Positions 48,201 through 57,775 of a DNA stretch of 64,000 nucleotides are shown in pieces. Each line of letters starts with the position of its first letter. Position 1 is the stretch's first letter. The stretch lies in the NCBI GenBank assembly GCA_022706235.1, contig JAKJCY010000002.1, forward strand, positions 609 to 64,608, written 5' to 3'. The notes beneath the pieces are model-generated. The model did no database searches and was not told the DNA's origin. It worked only from the letters and a program-made list of their open reading frames with translations. Position numbers and translations under genes: made by a program. Origin of the DNA: Candidatus Hydrogenedentota bacterium. GTDB taxonomy: Bacteria > Hydrogenedentota > Hydrogenedentia > Hydrogenedentales > CAITNO01.

Positions 48201-48383
48201 TATACCGAGTTTCGAGATTTCCGCGCGTAAAACCTCTAATACCTCCCCTGCGCCGGCGGCCCGTCCACAGGTGGCGGCGCCCACAAAGAAAACCGGGATA
48301 TCACTCTGTTCCAAACAGTTCCATTCCGCTGTTGCATCTGTATACTGTTGTTCCAAGGAGTTCATGGTTGCATCCGTTTCCAT
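45252..48383 (-). CDS. Fusion protein: NuoF/HydB-like (FMN, NADH, Fe-S) + GltD-like NAD(P)H FAD oxidoreductase
   Basis: 1043 aa. Motifs: GRGGAGFPT, EGDPGSF, YVCGEETAL, CGKCPPCR. These are followed by GltD-type Cys clusters and the VGAGPAGLTAAYFL and IGGNNAAVDAAR motifs. Confidence 0.8.
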   Translation of the reverse strand: METDATMNSLEQQYTDATAEWNCLEQSDIPVFFVGAATCGRAAGAGEVLEVLRAEISKLGIKAKVIEVGCLGPCYLEPLVIVHKPGAPRICYGNVGPHQILAILHQHVLGSDPCSQWALGVMDAETANGIPKLSDHAVMRHQVRRIFRNCGIIDPENFHHYLARDGYRGFLRALDIGSEKTLEEVKNSGLRGRGGAGFPTFKKWEFCRNSPGEKRFLICNCSEGDPGSFMNRTLIEGDPHAVLEGMLIAGYAMNATAAYIYVGVEYGTVLKRLKLAIKQMREAGLLGENIAGSGFSFDITVKRGAGAYVCGEETALIAAIESRRGMPRPRPPFPAVSGLWGYPTNIQNVETLGNLPLILRNGAAWYTRCGSENNKGTRSFSMAGSVKRPGLIEVPLGISLLDIIYKIGGGAPMGRTVKAVQTGGPSGGCLPASKFDLLVEYEALAQAGSIMGSGGMIVLDEQTCIVDLVRYFLTFTQNESCGKCPPCRVGTRAMLSLVTKIADGKADMNDLATLESIARTVKNGSLCGLGQTAANPVLCTLQYFREEYITHIVEKRCPAGVCEALMRTPCMSGCPAGVYIPGFVSLSAEKRFDEAARLHRERNPFAAVCGYICSHPCENRCQRGTVDAPVSIQEIAQYIIEHEDAVAPPQVKSNAANATRKVAIVGAGPAGLTAAYFLARLGYSPVVYDAANKPGGLLTSTIPEFRLPRNAVEREIEMILGLGVHLELNKRLGTDITLSSLRAEGYEGVILSSGSAVSKALNIPGEDAAGVMNAGAYLAAFNANQSPSTGRKVVVIGGNNAAVDAARVARRLGATEVSLVYRRTRREMTAYEDCIDQAEREGVHLVPLAGPVAIKTADKRVTGITCVRMEPGHFDLSGRPAPQPLENSWFDLETDQVIIAIGRTTNIAGCCDETGLETDAAGFLRVNPHTQQSSVPWIFACGEATSGGGEVIDAIASGERAAVELDRFLTGESHAFWRVQPLVDTPCDPDAEPAPIARLVVDRGRIEKQKDSFDDAFSAYTDEDAVGQARRCLRCDYCKEHQR

Positions 48384-48388
48384 AAAGT

Positions 48389-48859
48389 TCAGTCCTGATA
48401 TTCGGCCAAAATTGCCGGAAGTTTGCGCGTCGTTACCCGGGTAAAGAACTTACCGTCAATGGCGATTACGGGTTCCAATGCGCAACAGCCCAGGCAGGCG
48501 ATACGGTTTAGTTCAAACTTCCCGTCCGAGGTAACCTCCCCCACTTTAATACTCAGCAAGCGTTCCAATTCCCGCAGAATTTTTGCGCCGCCTCGCACAT
48601 GGCACGCAGTACCCAGGCATACTTGTATTACATGACGGCCGGGAGGATTGAATTTATAAAAACTGTAAAAGGTGGCCACGCCGTAAATCTCGTTCACCGA
48701 AATACCCGTCAGACGTGCTGTTTCATCCAGCGCCTCCGGCGAAAGATACCCGTCCCGTTCCTGAATCTCCTGCAGAATGGCAATGATCCCCCCCTTTGTG
48801 GTCGGATACTTCGCAACGATATCCTTAATCTCTGTTACATCCGTTTCAACTGCGCTCAT
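48389..48859 (-). CDS. NuoE/HydC-like thioredoxin-fold [2Fe-2S] subunit
   Basis: 156 aa. Motifs: VATFYSFY, CLGTACHVRG, CLGCC. Confidence 0.85.
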   Translation of the reverse strand: MSAVETDVTEIKDIVAKYPTTKGGIIAILQEIQERDGYLSPEALDETARLTGISVNEIYGVATFYSFYKFNPPGRHVIQVCLGTACHVRGGAKILRELERLLSIKVGEVTSDGKFELNRIACLGCCALEPVIAIDGKFFTRVTTRKLPAILAEYQD

Positions 48860-49180
48860 GTTATATACTTTCCGTTAGGTATACGACCCTGTAAACACAT
48901 CACAACCCGGTGTTGACAGAGTTGAAATTGGGAAATAAACACGCGGGCAAAAGGACTCATTTCTCTGAATAGAATAGCACCTGTAAAAGAACCTTTTCAA
49001 CAAACCCCTCCCGGTCGAAATTTTGCACCGGTCATAGCCTCATTGTTAAAGAATAATAGAAAAGAAGCCTGAGCATTCTTTATACTTTTGTTGGTGAAAT
49101 AAGGTTTCGGACGATGGAGTGACTGAAGGGTATTATTCTGGGTGTTCGATGCTATACCCATGGGGTGAAACATAACTTGT

Positions 49181-49926
49181 ATGAAACTGGAAGATTTGCG
49201 ACCGGATGCAACGCTGCGGGGCATGCTACCCGATATGCTGGTGACGGTTGTCAATGTGGAATGGCACGGTTCGGATGCTCTGACGCTGGTCTATCGTAGT
49301 TCCGATGGCCGTGTGGCGGACGAGATTTTGTATCGCCATGACTAGACGCGTCTCGATGTGGTGGAAAAGGGCCGGCCCTGGAGTTTCGACGGCGACGGCG
49401 CCCTGTTCCGCCTGGCGGCTGAAGCGCATCGCATTCGCCTGGCCCACCTGTTCGGTCCCCTGCTTGCCGTGCCTACCTCGCTGGTGGAACCGCTGCCCCA
49501 TCAAATCACTGCCGTTTATGAGTCCATGCTGCCGCGTCAGCCCCTGCGTTTCCTGCTCGCCGACGAACCGCGCGCGGGCCATTGTCAGGGATATCGAAAA
49601 GCGCCTGGGCTACGAACCCGTGGACCGCGAATTCGAACGGCTCGGCTATGACATTGAGAGCCGCCTACCGGCGAAGGCAGGCTGCGCTTCATCGATGTAA
49701 AGGGCGCATCGCAGGTGCGGATACCGTGACGGTTACCAAGAACGAAATCCTTTACTCCCTCAACAAACCCGAGGATTTCATCCTCGCCCTGGTCGAATTT
49801 CTGGATGCGGATAGCCATCGCGTCAAGTACCTGCGCAGTCCTTTCCAGTGCGAACCCGACTTCGGGGTGACCGGTGTAAACTATGACTTCGGGGAACTAG
49901 TGGCGCGGGGGGAGGAACCGGGATGA
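49181..49926 (+). pseudogene. Remnant of an SNF2-type helicase with a DUF3883 C-terminal domain (internal deletion, in-frame TAG, frameshift)
   Basis: The N-terminal ~130 codons (MKLEDLRPDATLRG...[31 protein letters not shown]) carry a TAG at 49343-49345. The sequence then jumps to DUF3883-like text (GYDIESR...RFIDVKGR...VTVTKNEILYSLNKPEDFILALVEF) split over two frames. Confidence 0.7.
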
Positions 49927-50049
49927 AAGTGGGCAAAAAAAGGGACGCCCTTTTCAGGGCGTCGGGCCGAGGATACTATCCCCGGGGCAATTATATAATA
50001 ATTATGCATAGAAACTACATATTTTTCAAGTAGGATAAACACAGAAGAT

Positions 50050-50657
50050 ATGGAGCGGGCAATTACATATATTGATGGATTTTTACATATATTGATGGAT
50101 TTAATCTCTACTACGGCCTGGATCTACAGTTGATGTCTCAAAAGATTCTGAAACCCACCCAAAATCTTGTTGCGACAAAATATTTCACGGCCAGAATTTC
50201 TTACACTCCAAATAACCCCGATAAACATAAAAGGCAGGCAACATTTTTAGACGCAGCGGAATCACTTCCTGATACACATGTTTTTTATGGTCATTACCTT
50301 ACGAAGGAGGTTCGATGCCATAGATGTGGTAACACATGGCTTTTACCTGAAGAAAAGATGACTGACGTCAACATAGCCATCGAAATGTTACAAGACGCCT
50401 TTGAGGATTCTTTTGATGTAGCGTTCCTGGTTTCAGGAGACAGTGACTTGGCTGCGCCTGTGAAAACCATTTTGCGACGCTATCCAAAGAAGCGGATTAT
50501 AGTTGTATCACCTCTGAACCGGAAATCACAGAAATTGAAGTCCTTGGCAACCGGCTATATTAATCTTGGGGAAGACGTTCTGCGTAATAGTCTGCTTCCT
50601 GATGTCTATGTCAAACCGGACGGAACAGAGTTAAAGAGGCCGGGAAAATGGAAGTAG
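50050..50657 (+). pseudogene. NYN-domain (LabA-like) protein gene disrupted by a 20-bp tandem duplication
   Basis: ATG 50050 reads MERAITYIDGF, followed by the duplicated unit. Removing one unit restores MERAITYIDGFNLYYGL... in frame with ORF 50130-50657 (EKMTDVNIAIEML...FLVSGDSDLAAPV). Confidence 0.8.
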
Positions 50658-50680
50658 ATTTCAAAGTGCTTTCCGCTCGT

Positions 50681-50829
50681 TACCAAATTCCATTTGGTAA
50701 CGCACTTGTCCGCGAAGTTGTACTTCGCAACTGCGGGGAACTGCCCCAAGGCACAAGCGAGGTCGGTTGGAAAAGAATAGGAAATGCAATTTCAAGAGAG
50801 AGTGCGTTCCCAAATGCAATTTGGGAACG
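50681..50829. repeat. Two short perfect hairpins of a dispersed-repeat type
   Basis: taccaaa-ttcca-tttggta (50681-50699) and cgttcccaaat-gca-atttgggaacg (50805-50829). Confidence 0.6.
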
Positions 50830-50959
50830 AGTAGGACTCCTCACTTCTCTCCCCTCACACTTCCTCCCCCTCTCACTCCTCACTTCTCTTCCCTCGCTCC
50901 TATTCCGGCGCTCAGGGCTTGGCGGAGGACGTGCGCCATTAAGGCCAGTGGATGCGGGA

Positions 50960-52340
50960 TGAGGCGGAAAAAAGAATTGGGCATCTGTATCCGAAAATTC
51001 AAATTACCGCCGAGATGGCAAAGCATCGGCCGAACTGAAAAAATATGTGGGCGACAAACTCACGGTTATTGCCTGGCTCTGGGCGCGTACGGTGAAAAGC
51101 CCCAATCCCGCCTTCGCCCGTGTGGGTGCCGCTGGCGTCCACGTTTATGTTGTCCACCAAGACGGGCAAGGAAGCCTATGTCGAACCTGTCATTGAGGAC
51201 GACGGCTATCGCTTTACCGTAAAGGTAGGAAAGCCGAAACATGCCGAGGCGGCGAAAGCAGGCACCAAACTCGCCCGTGCAAACTTTGGTTGTATCATGT
51301 CGGGGACGCCAATACCCAGCGATCACATATACAGTGAGGCCAATGCCGGGCGTATGGGCGCGAAACTTGTGGCCATTGTCGCCGAAGGGGAACGGGGTCG
51401 GGTCTACCTGTTGCCTACACCGGAACACGAATCCGTAGCACGAAAGGCGTCTCCGGAATGGAAACCGGAAAATCTGATGCCAGATAATCCACGTTGGTTT
51501 TCGCCGCCATTTTATGGACTTAAAGCATACGGCGACCTCTTCACGCCGCGGCAGTTGGTTTCGTTGACGACCTTTTCCGATCTGGTGCAGGAGGCGCGGG
51601 AACGGGTGATGGCAGATGAGGGGCCGCATGGAAGGGCAACAATGGACCCTTTACTGACGTCAATGAACCTTTGATTGACGCCAATAATACTGTTAAAACT
51701 AAAATACGCCATGCACCAGCCTCCTTGATTGTTTATCCAACCCCCTATAATAGGCCCAATAATGCAACCGGTTCTCTCGCCTCTCCCCTCACGGCTTCTG
51801 TTTACGCCCTGAACGAAGGCGGCGCCGGACTCGATGCCTACGCCGACGCCGTGGCTACGTATTTGGCCTTTGCGGTGGATAAGGGGGCAAACTATTGGTC
51901 ATCGCTGAGTTCTTGGCATTCTGGGCGAGATACCGTTACCAGCACTTTTGGTCGTCAAACTCTGCCAATGGTCTGGGATTTCGCTGAGGCAAACCCATTA
52001 AGCAAATCATCAGGTAATTTTTTGGCGGGTATTTCCCAAGCAAATAGCCAATTGCTAACCGCGCCTGCGAATTCGAATAGTCTAGTCCCACAATCTGACG
52101 CCCAGACCCAAACCCTCAGCAAGGACAAGGTCGTCTCCATTGATCCGCCCTACTACGACAACATCGGCTACGCGGATCTGTCCGATTTCTTTTATGTCTG
52201 GTTGCGCCGTTCTCTGAAACCAATCCTGCCCGACCTGTTCGCCACGCTGGAGGTGCCCAAGGCGCAGGAACTGGCGGCGTTGAAGGTGGAGCCGCCTGTT
52301 CGTTCCGCTGAGAGACACGCAGGCCTTCAAGCAGCGGGAA
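50960..52340 (+). pseudogene. DUF1156-type (COG1743-like) DNA methylase remnant, 5'-truncated with multiple frameshifts
   Basis: Recognisable text is spread over three frames: [12 protein letters not shown] / [26 protein letters not shown] / [22 protein letters not shown]...LFTPRQL / ...VVSIDPPYYDNIGYADLSDFFYVWLRR. Confidence 0.7.
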
Positions 52341-52344
52341 GTGA

Positions 52345-53529
52345 CGGCCCAGCTTTTGCGAACTGTATCAGGGGCAGCGGGCGGAGTTCCCCTCGGAATG
52401 CCGGAACGCCGGGTATGAGAAACGCATCCAGGCGGCCTATCCCATCCACCCGGAGATCTTCGACCAGTTATACGGCACCTGGTCCACCCTGGCCAAGTTT
52501 CAGCGTACCCGCGGCGTGCTGCGCCTCATGGCGGCGGTCATCCATAGCCTGTGGGAGAAAGGCGACCGGAGCCCGCTGATCCTGCCCTCGACCATACCCA
52601 TTGACGACCCCCGGGTGCAGTTTGAACTGACCCGCTACCTGTCCGACAACTGGGGCCCATCATCGAAAAGGATGTGGACGGGCCGAGTTCGCTGCCGCTG
52701 CGGATTGACGCGGAACAGCCCAACTTGGGCAAACCCGCAGGCGGGGATACGCTGGGAGGCGCTGCGCCTGACCGGCACCGATGCGCTGGCCGTGCGGGCG
52801 AGCAAGAAACTGCGCAACGACGAATTGCTGGTCATGACGCTGGGCGCGACCATTCTGCGCAAGCACCTGGACGAAGTGCCTCTATGGTGCGGCGACCAGG
52901 TGCCGGTCCGGCAGCTGGTGGAGGATTTCGCCCGGTACCTGTACCTTCCCCGGCTTGCGGGGCCCGAGGTGCTGTTGCAGGCGATATGCAGCGGCATCGG
53001 AATGCTCATCTGGCACAGCGACGGTTTCGCCTATGCCGAGGGTTGCGATGAACGCAAGGGGCGCTATCGCGGCCTGACCGCCGGTCAAACAAAATCTCTG
53101 GCCATGGAAGACCCGGGATTACTGGTAAAGCCGGAGGTTGCCTGGAAACAACTGGAGGACGAAAAACGCTCCCAGCCGATTGCGACAGGACCTGGTGGAC
53201 CCGGTGGTGGAATCGAAGCTGGCGGGGAAGGCGGTGGCGCACCGGCGACGGGGTCTGGACTCCGACCCGGGCCCATAGCGCCCAATCCCCCACTGCCCCG
53301 GCGGTTCCATGGCACGGTGAACCTGGACCCGAAACGGGTAGGTCGTGATGTCGGCAACATTGCCACAGAAGTCATCGCGCATCTCGTGGGCCAGGTCGGC
53401 GCCGACGTCACCGTCACCCTCGAAATCGAAGCCAGCCTCCCCGAGGGCGCTTCAGACCAGATCACCCGCATTGTTACCGAAAACAGCCGCTTCCTGAAAT
53501 TCACCAGCCACGGGTTTGAGCGGGAATAG
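52345..53529 (+). pseudogene. DUF499-type (COG1483-like) ATPase remnant (N-terminus missing, frameshifts, internal deletion)
   Basis: YPIHPEIFDQLYGTWSTLAKFQRTRGVLRLMAAVIHSLW...DNWGP, then IIEKDVDGPSSLPLRIDAEQPNLGK in another frame, then a C-terminal RFHGTVNLDPKRVGRDVGNIATEVIAHL...VTLEIEA tail. Confidence 0.65.
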
Positions 53530-53625
53530 CGAATGCTCCTCAAACTCTATCCCTGGTCAATAAAAAGAAGCCCTGCAAACTGGCATAATAACCATAATTT
53601 ACAGGGCCTTTAAAGGGATTAGTGC

Positions 53626-53702
53626 TGGTAGCGGTGCAGGGATTCGAACCCCGGACACGTGGATTATGATTCCACTGCTCTAACCAACTGAGCTACACCG
53701 CC
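53626..53702 (-). tRNA. tRNA-Met(CAU), elongator-like; tRNA-Ile2 (lysidine) not excluded
   Basis: The minus strand GGCGGTGTAGCTCAGTTGGTTAGAGCAGTGGAATCATAATCCACGTGTCCGGGGTTCGAATCCCTGCACCGCTACCA folds as a cloverleaf by eye. The anticodon loop is AUCAUAA and CCA is encoded. There is a G1-U72 wobble. Confidence 0.85.
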
Positions 53703-54033
53703 ATTTAGAACGGCTATAGTATATCAAAAGTTTGGCTGATTTTCAAAAGACTGTGTCATTCCTGAATCCGCACGTAAGGAATGGTGAGAGCGTATAAGCG
53801 GCATCCTGCCGCTTCCATCGTGACTGCGGCGCGCAGGCCGTCTTGACGCAAAGCGACAGGATGACGCTTCTACGTTTCTTGTCCTTATTGGCTTTAGGCC
53901 AACAACTCGGCTTCTTACGTGCCGATTTGGGTCATTCTGGATTCGGAATGAATTTCAACACTCGCAGTGAATCTTTGCAGGATTTAGGCCCCCGTAGTCG
54001 TTTTCCCGATTCTTCCTGACGCTACCCCTGAAT

Positions 54034-54234
54034 TTAGAAGTCGAATTGCAGACGCCCTTGCAGGCTGCTTACCCGTCCGGAATACAGTCTATGGTCAATG
54101 GCCGAAGTAACGTAATTCAACATGAGCCGGACGTTTGAATTAAGATACCAGCTCAGCCCCAGCGTCCAGTTCTCGGCTTCGCCGCCTTGAATCGGGCCCC
54201 TGTTGAAATCCAGCCGGGAATGCCGCAACGCCAC
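54034..54234 (-). pseudogene. C-terminal fragment of an OprO/P-type (phosphate-selective) porin
   Basis: 66-aa ORF ending in ...ENWTLGLSWYLNSNVRLMLNYV...LQGRLQFDF, with a terminal Phe as in outer-membrane beta-barrels. No upstream coding continuation. Confidence 0.5.
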
Positions 54235-54426
54235 TTGCCAAGCCCCCTATCTGTGAGGGGAATCAAGGGAAATATTATATGGGTGCAAACGCACTCCCAA
54301 TATCCATAAAGAATACATCTGAACAGATGAATGGATGACATATCATGAGATAATTTGGTACCATTGCGGAAGAAATGTATTATTCGTTCTTTGAAATCGG
54401 CTTTCTGGAGGCACAAGGATTACTTT

Positions 54427-57400
54427 ATGCATGTTTCTGGTGTCTATGAAATTGAAAATCATGTCCGCGTATTGACAGCCACATCGCTTTTTGACGGTCA
54501 TGATGTGGCAATTAATATCATGCGCAGGTTACTGCAGGATTCAGGGGCGGAAGTGATTCACCTCGGCCACAACCGTTCTGCTTCCGAGATCGTCCATGCC
54601 GCTATTCAGGAAGATGTGCAGGCGATTGCCGTGACCAGTTATCAGGGAGGTCATGTCGAGTTTTTTAAACTCATCATGGACCTGCTTCAGGAGCAAGGCT
54701 CACGTCATATCAAAGTGTTCGGCGGCGGAGGCGGGGTGATTGTGCCCGCAGAAATAACTCGAATAGAGGGATTTGGCGTATCCAAAATCTTTTCCCCGGA
54801 AGACGGGCGTCAAATGGGCCTGCAGGGGATGATTAATCACATCCTGAAAGCGTCTGATGTTCCACTCGAGACCGCGGGAATTGCAAAGAGAGCGCAGGAA
54901 CTCTCCCCTTCCCAAAATTTTCTGATCGGCCGCTATATTACCGCCATTGAAGAAGCGAAGGTGTTGTCCGATAGCCATCTGCAGGCTCTTACCGAACCGT
55001 TGATGAAAAAGATCTCCCGTAATATTCCAATTTTGGGTATCACCGGAACCGGAGGCGCGGGAAAATCCTCCATGGCTGATGAACTGGTAACCCGTTTCTT
55101 ACACGATTTCCCCGACCGTCATGTGGCCGTGGTCTCGGTGGACCCATCACGAAGGCGCACTGGAGGTGCGTTACTGGGTGATCGTATTCGGATGAACAGC
55201 CTTTCCCGCAATCGGGTTTATATGCGGTCCCTGGCTACGCGCACGGCGAGGATCGAAATCGCCGACGCCCTGGCTGAGGTACTCATTGTCCTGCGTGCGG
55301 CCAATTTCGACTTCATCATTGTGGAAACGGCAGGCATCGGTCAGGGTGACGCCGCCATTGTGCCTCACGTGGACGCCACGGTATACATTATGACCGCTGA
55401 ATTCGGCGCCCCGTCCCAGTTGGAAAAAATAGACATGCTTGATTTTGCGGACTTGGTAGTCATCAACAAGTACGATCACAAGGGTGCGGAGGACGCATTA
55501 CGCGATGTGCGCAAACAGTACCAGCGTAATCATCATCTCTTTAATACCGCCCCCGAAGATATTCCCGTATTCGGTACCATTGCGGCAAGATTCAACGATG
55601 ACGGCGTGACGTCCCTGTATCAGGCCATTGTTAATACAATGAATGAACGCACTCATTGCGGATGGCAGTCCCCCCGTTCTAAAACAGACCAGAAGGTTTC
55701 TTCCTCTAAATCCATCATCATCCCCGGAAACCGTGTTCGCTATCTTGCCGAGATTGCGGATACAGTCCGCAGCTATCATGAAAAAGCCAGAGAACAAGCC
55801 CAAATTGTTGAAAGTATCTGGCGGCTGGAAGGCGCGATATCCCTGTTGGGTCATGGCGATGGTGAAACCCGCAACATACTGGAAGAAAAACGTTCGCAAC
55901 TGGAACAGAACCTGTCCCCCGAGTGCAGGGGCGTACTGGAGCGCATCCCCATCGTACGCGACCAGTACATGCAAGATGAAATGGTGTATACCGTCCGGGG
56001 TAAGGAAATTCACACGGTATTGAATCACAAGAGCCTTTCCGGAACACCCATTCCTAGGGTTGCGCTGCCGCGGTTTGCGAACCCCGGGGACCTGTTGCGA
56101 TGGATACACCGAGAAAATCTGCCGGGACGCTTTCCGTTTACCGCGGGCGTATTTCCTTTTAAGCGCTCTGATGAAGATCCCACGCGTATGTTCGCCGGCG
56201 AAGGCGCTCCCGAACGCACCAATCGTCGTTTTCATTTTTTGTCTCATAATCACCCGGCCAAACGGTTGTCAACGGCGTTTGACTCCGTGACCTTGTATGG
56301 ATGTGATCCTGATGAACAGGCCGACATCTACGGAAAAATCGGCACCTCCGGGGTATCGATCTGCACATTGGATGACATGAAACTGCTTTATGACGGCTTC
56401 GACCTGTGCGCACCCAACACAAGTGTTTCCATGACCATCAACGGGCCCGCCCCCATCATGCTTGCATTGTTCTTCAATGCAGCCATCGACCAGCAGCTCG
56501 CGCGTATATCTTCCGAGTATGGAAGGCCTTTGTCGCCGGAAGAGACCGCGCGTTTCAGGGCCTGGACCCTGCAAACTGTCCGCGGCACGGTTCAAGCCGA
56601 TATCCTCAAGGAAGACCAGGGCCAAAATACCTGTATTTTCGCGATCGATTTCGCCTTAAAGATGATGGGGGACGTCCAGGAATATTTTACGGCGCACGGC
56701 ATTCGTAATTTTTATTCCGTCTCTATTTCGGGATACCACATTGCAGAGGCGGGCGCCAACCCCATTTCACAACTGGCATTCACCCTTGCCAACGGGTTTA
56801 CCTATGTGGAGTATTACCTGTCTCGCGGCATGGATATCAACGATTTCGGACCCAATCTCTCCTTCTTTTTCTCCAATGGCATGGATCCTGAATATTCTGT
56901 GCTGAACCGGGTTGCACGGCGCATTTGGGCGATTACCATGCGCGATAAATATGGCGCTAACGAACGTTGCCAGAAATTAAAATCCCACATACAGACCAGT
57001 GGCCGCTCCTTGCATGCCCATGAAATTCAGTTCAACGACATCCGCACGACATTGCAGGCGCTTACAGCCTACTATGACCACTGCAATTCCCTGCATACCA
57101 ATTCCTATGATGAGGGTATCACAACGCCTTCAGAAGAGTCCGTACGGCGTGCCCAGGCGATTCAACTTATCATCAACAAAGAATTCGGTCCCTGTATGAA
57201 TGAAAATCCTCTGCAGGGTTCCTTTTTTATGGAACAACTGACCGACTTGGTGGAAGAGGCCGTTTTACAGGAGTTTTACCGCATTTCAGAACGGGACGGG
57301 GTGCTTGGCGCCATGGAAACGGGATACCAGCGTTCCCGGATTCAGGAAGAATCGCTTTACTACGAAGAGAAAAAAATGAGTGGAGAATTACCTATTATCG

Positions 57401-57687
57401 GCGTAAACACCTTTATCAATCCCCATGAGAATATGGATGAAGTGATAAGCAAGATTCATCTTGCCCGCGCAACGGAGGAGGAAAAACAGCTACAGATAAC
57501 ACGTCTTCGTGCGTTCCATAAAGAACACGAGGTGGAAGCGATCCCCGCCCTGGATCTTCTAAAAACAACCGCCCTCAATGGCGGGAATATATTTGAAGCG
57601 TTGATGGACACGGTTCGCTGTTGTTCCGTCGGCCAAATTACTAACGCACTTTTCGAGGTGGGAGGCCAATACCGCCGCAACATGTAA
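54427..57687 (+). CDS. icmF: Fused isobutyryl-CoA mutase (B12-binding domain + MeaB-like GTPase + mutase catalytic domain)
   Basis: The track ORF starts at 54355, but ATG 54427 (MHVSGVYE...) is more likely. B12 motif DGHDVAIN...GHNRS. P-loop [12 protein letters not shown]. The long C-terminal region is methylmalonyl-CoA mutase-like. Confidence 0.9.
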   Translation: MHVSGVYEIENHVRVLTATSLFDGHDVAINIMRRLLQDSGAEVIHLGHNRSASEIVHAAIQEDVQAIAVTSYQGGHVEFFKLIMDLLQEQGSRHIKVFGGGGGVIVPAEITRIEGFGVSKIFSPEDGRQMGLQGMINHILKASDVPLETAGIAKRAQELSPSQNFLIGRYITAIEEAKVLSDSHLQALTEPLMKKISRNIPILGITGTGGAGKSSMADELVTRFLHDFPDRHVAVVSVDPSRRRTGGALLGDRIRMNSLSRNRVYMRSLATRTARIEIADALAEVLIVLRAANFDFIIVETAGIGQGDAAIVPHVDATVYIMTAEFGAPSQLEKIDMLDFADLVVINKYDHKGAEDALRDVRKQYQRNHHLFNTAPEDIPVFGTIAARFNDDGVTSLYQAIVNTMNERTHCGWQSPRSKTDQKVSSSKSIIIPGNRVRYLAEIADTVRSYHEKAREQAQIVESIWRLEGAISLLGHGDGETRNILEEKRSQLEQNLSPECRGVLERIPIVRDQYMQDEMVYTVRGKEIHTVLNHKSLSGTPIPRVALPRFANPGDLLRWIHRENLPGRFPFTAGVFPFKRSDEDPTRMFAGEGAPERTNRRFHFLSHNHPAKRLSTAFDSVTLYGCDPDEQADIYGKIGTSGVSICTLDDMKLLYDGFDLCAPNTSVSMTINGPAPIMLALFFNAAIDQQLARISSEYGRPLSPEETARFRAWTLQTVRGTVQADILKEDQGQNTCIFAIDFALKMMGDVQEYFTAHGIRNFYSVSISGYHIAEAGANPISQLAFTLANGFTYVEYYLSRGMDINDFGPNLSFFFSNGMDPEYSVLNRVARRIWAITMRDKYGANERCQKLKSHIQTSGRSLHAHEIQFNDIRTTLQALTAYYDHCNSLHTNSYDEGITTPSEESVRRAQAIQLIINKEFGPCMNENPLQGSFFMEQLTDLVEEAVLQEFYRISERDGVLGAMETGYQRSRIQEESLYYEEKKMSGELPIIGVNTFINPHENMDEVISKIHLARATEEEKQLQITRLRAFHKEHEVEAIPALDLLKTTALNGGNIFEALMDTVRCCSVGQITNALFEVGGQYRRNM

Positions 57688-57775
57688 TTTACTCGGTACG
57701 GCGAATAAACCATTGCGTTGGACTGGACACTGCCGGGGAAGGATGGCTATAATACACCCATGTTTGACCGGTTCC

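Noticed and set aside
48860-49180. A distal att site (a copy of the tRNA-Met 3' end) at the far border of the decayed island
   Set aside because: No convincing match to tggtagcggtgcagggattcgaa was found by eye, so it is not reported as a feature.
50648-51222. ORFs 50648-50962, 50680-50883 and 50767-51222
   Set aside because: They run through hairpin repeats, the pyrimidine tract and an off-frame part of the DUF1156 remnant, so they are artefacts of pseudogene decay.
54355-54426. N-terminal 24-codon extension of icmF from a TTG start
   Set aside because: The extension ([24 protein letters not shown]) is not IcmF-like. ATG 54427, preceded by GGAGG, fits better.
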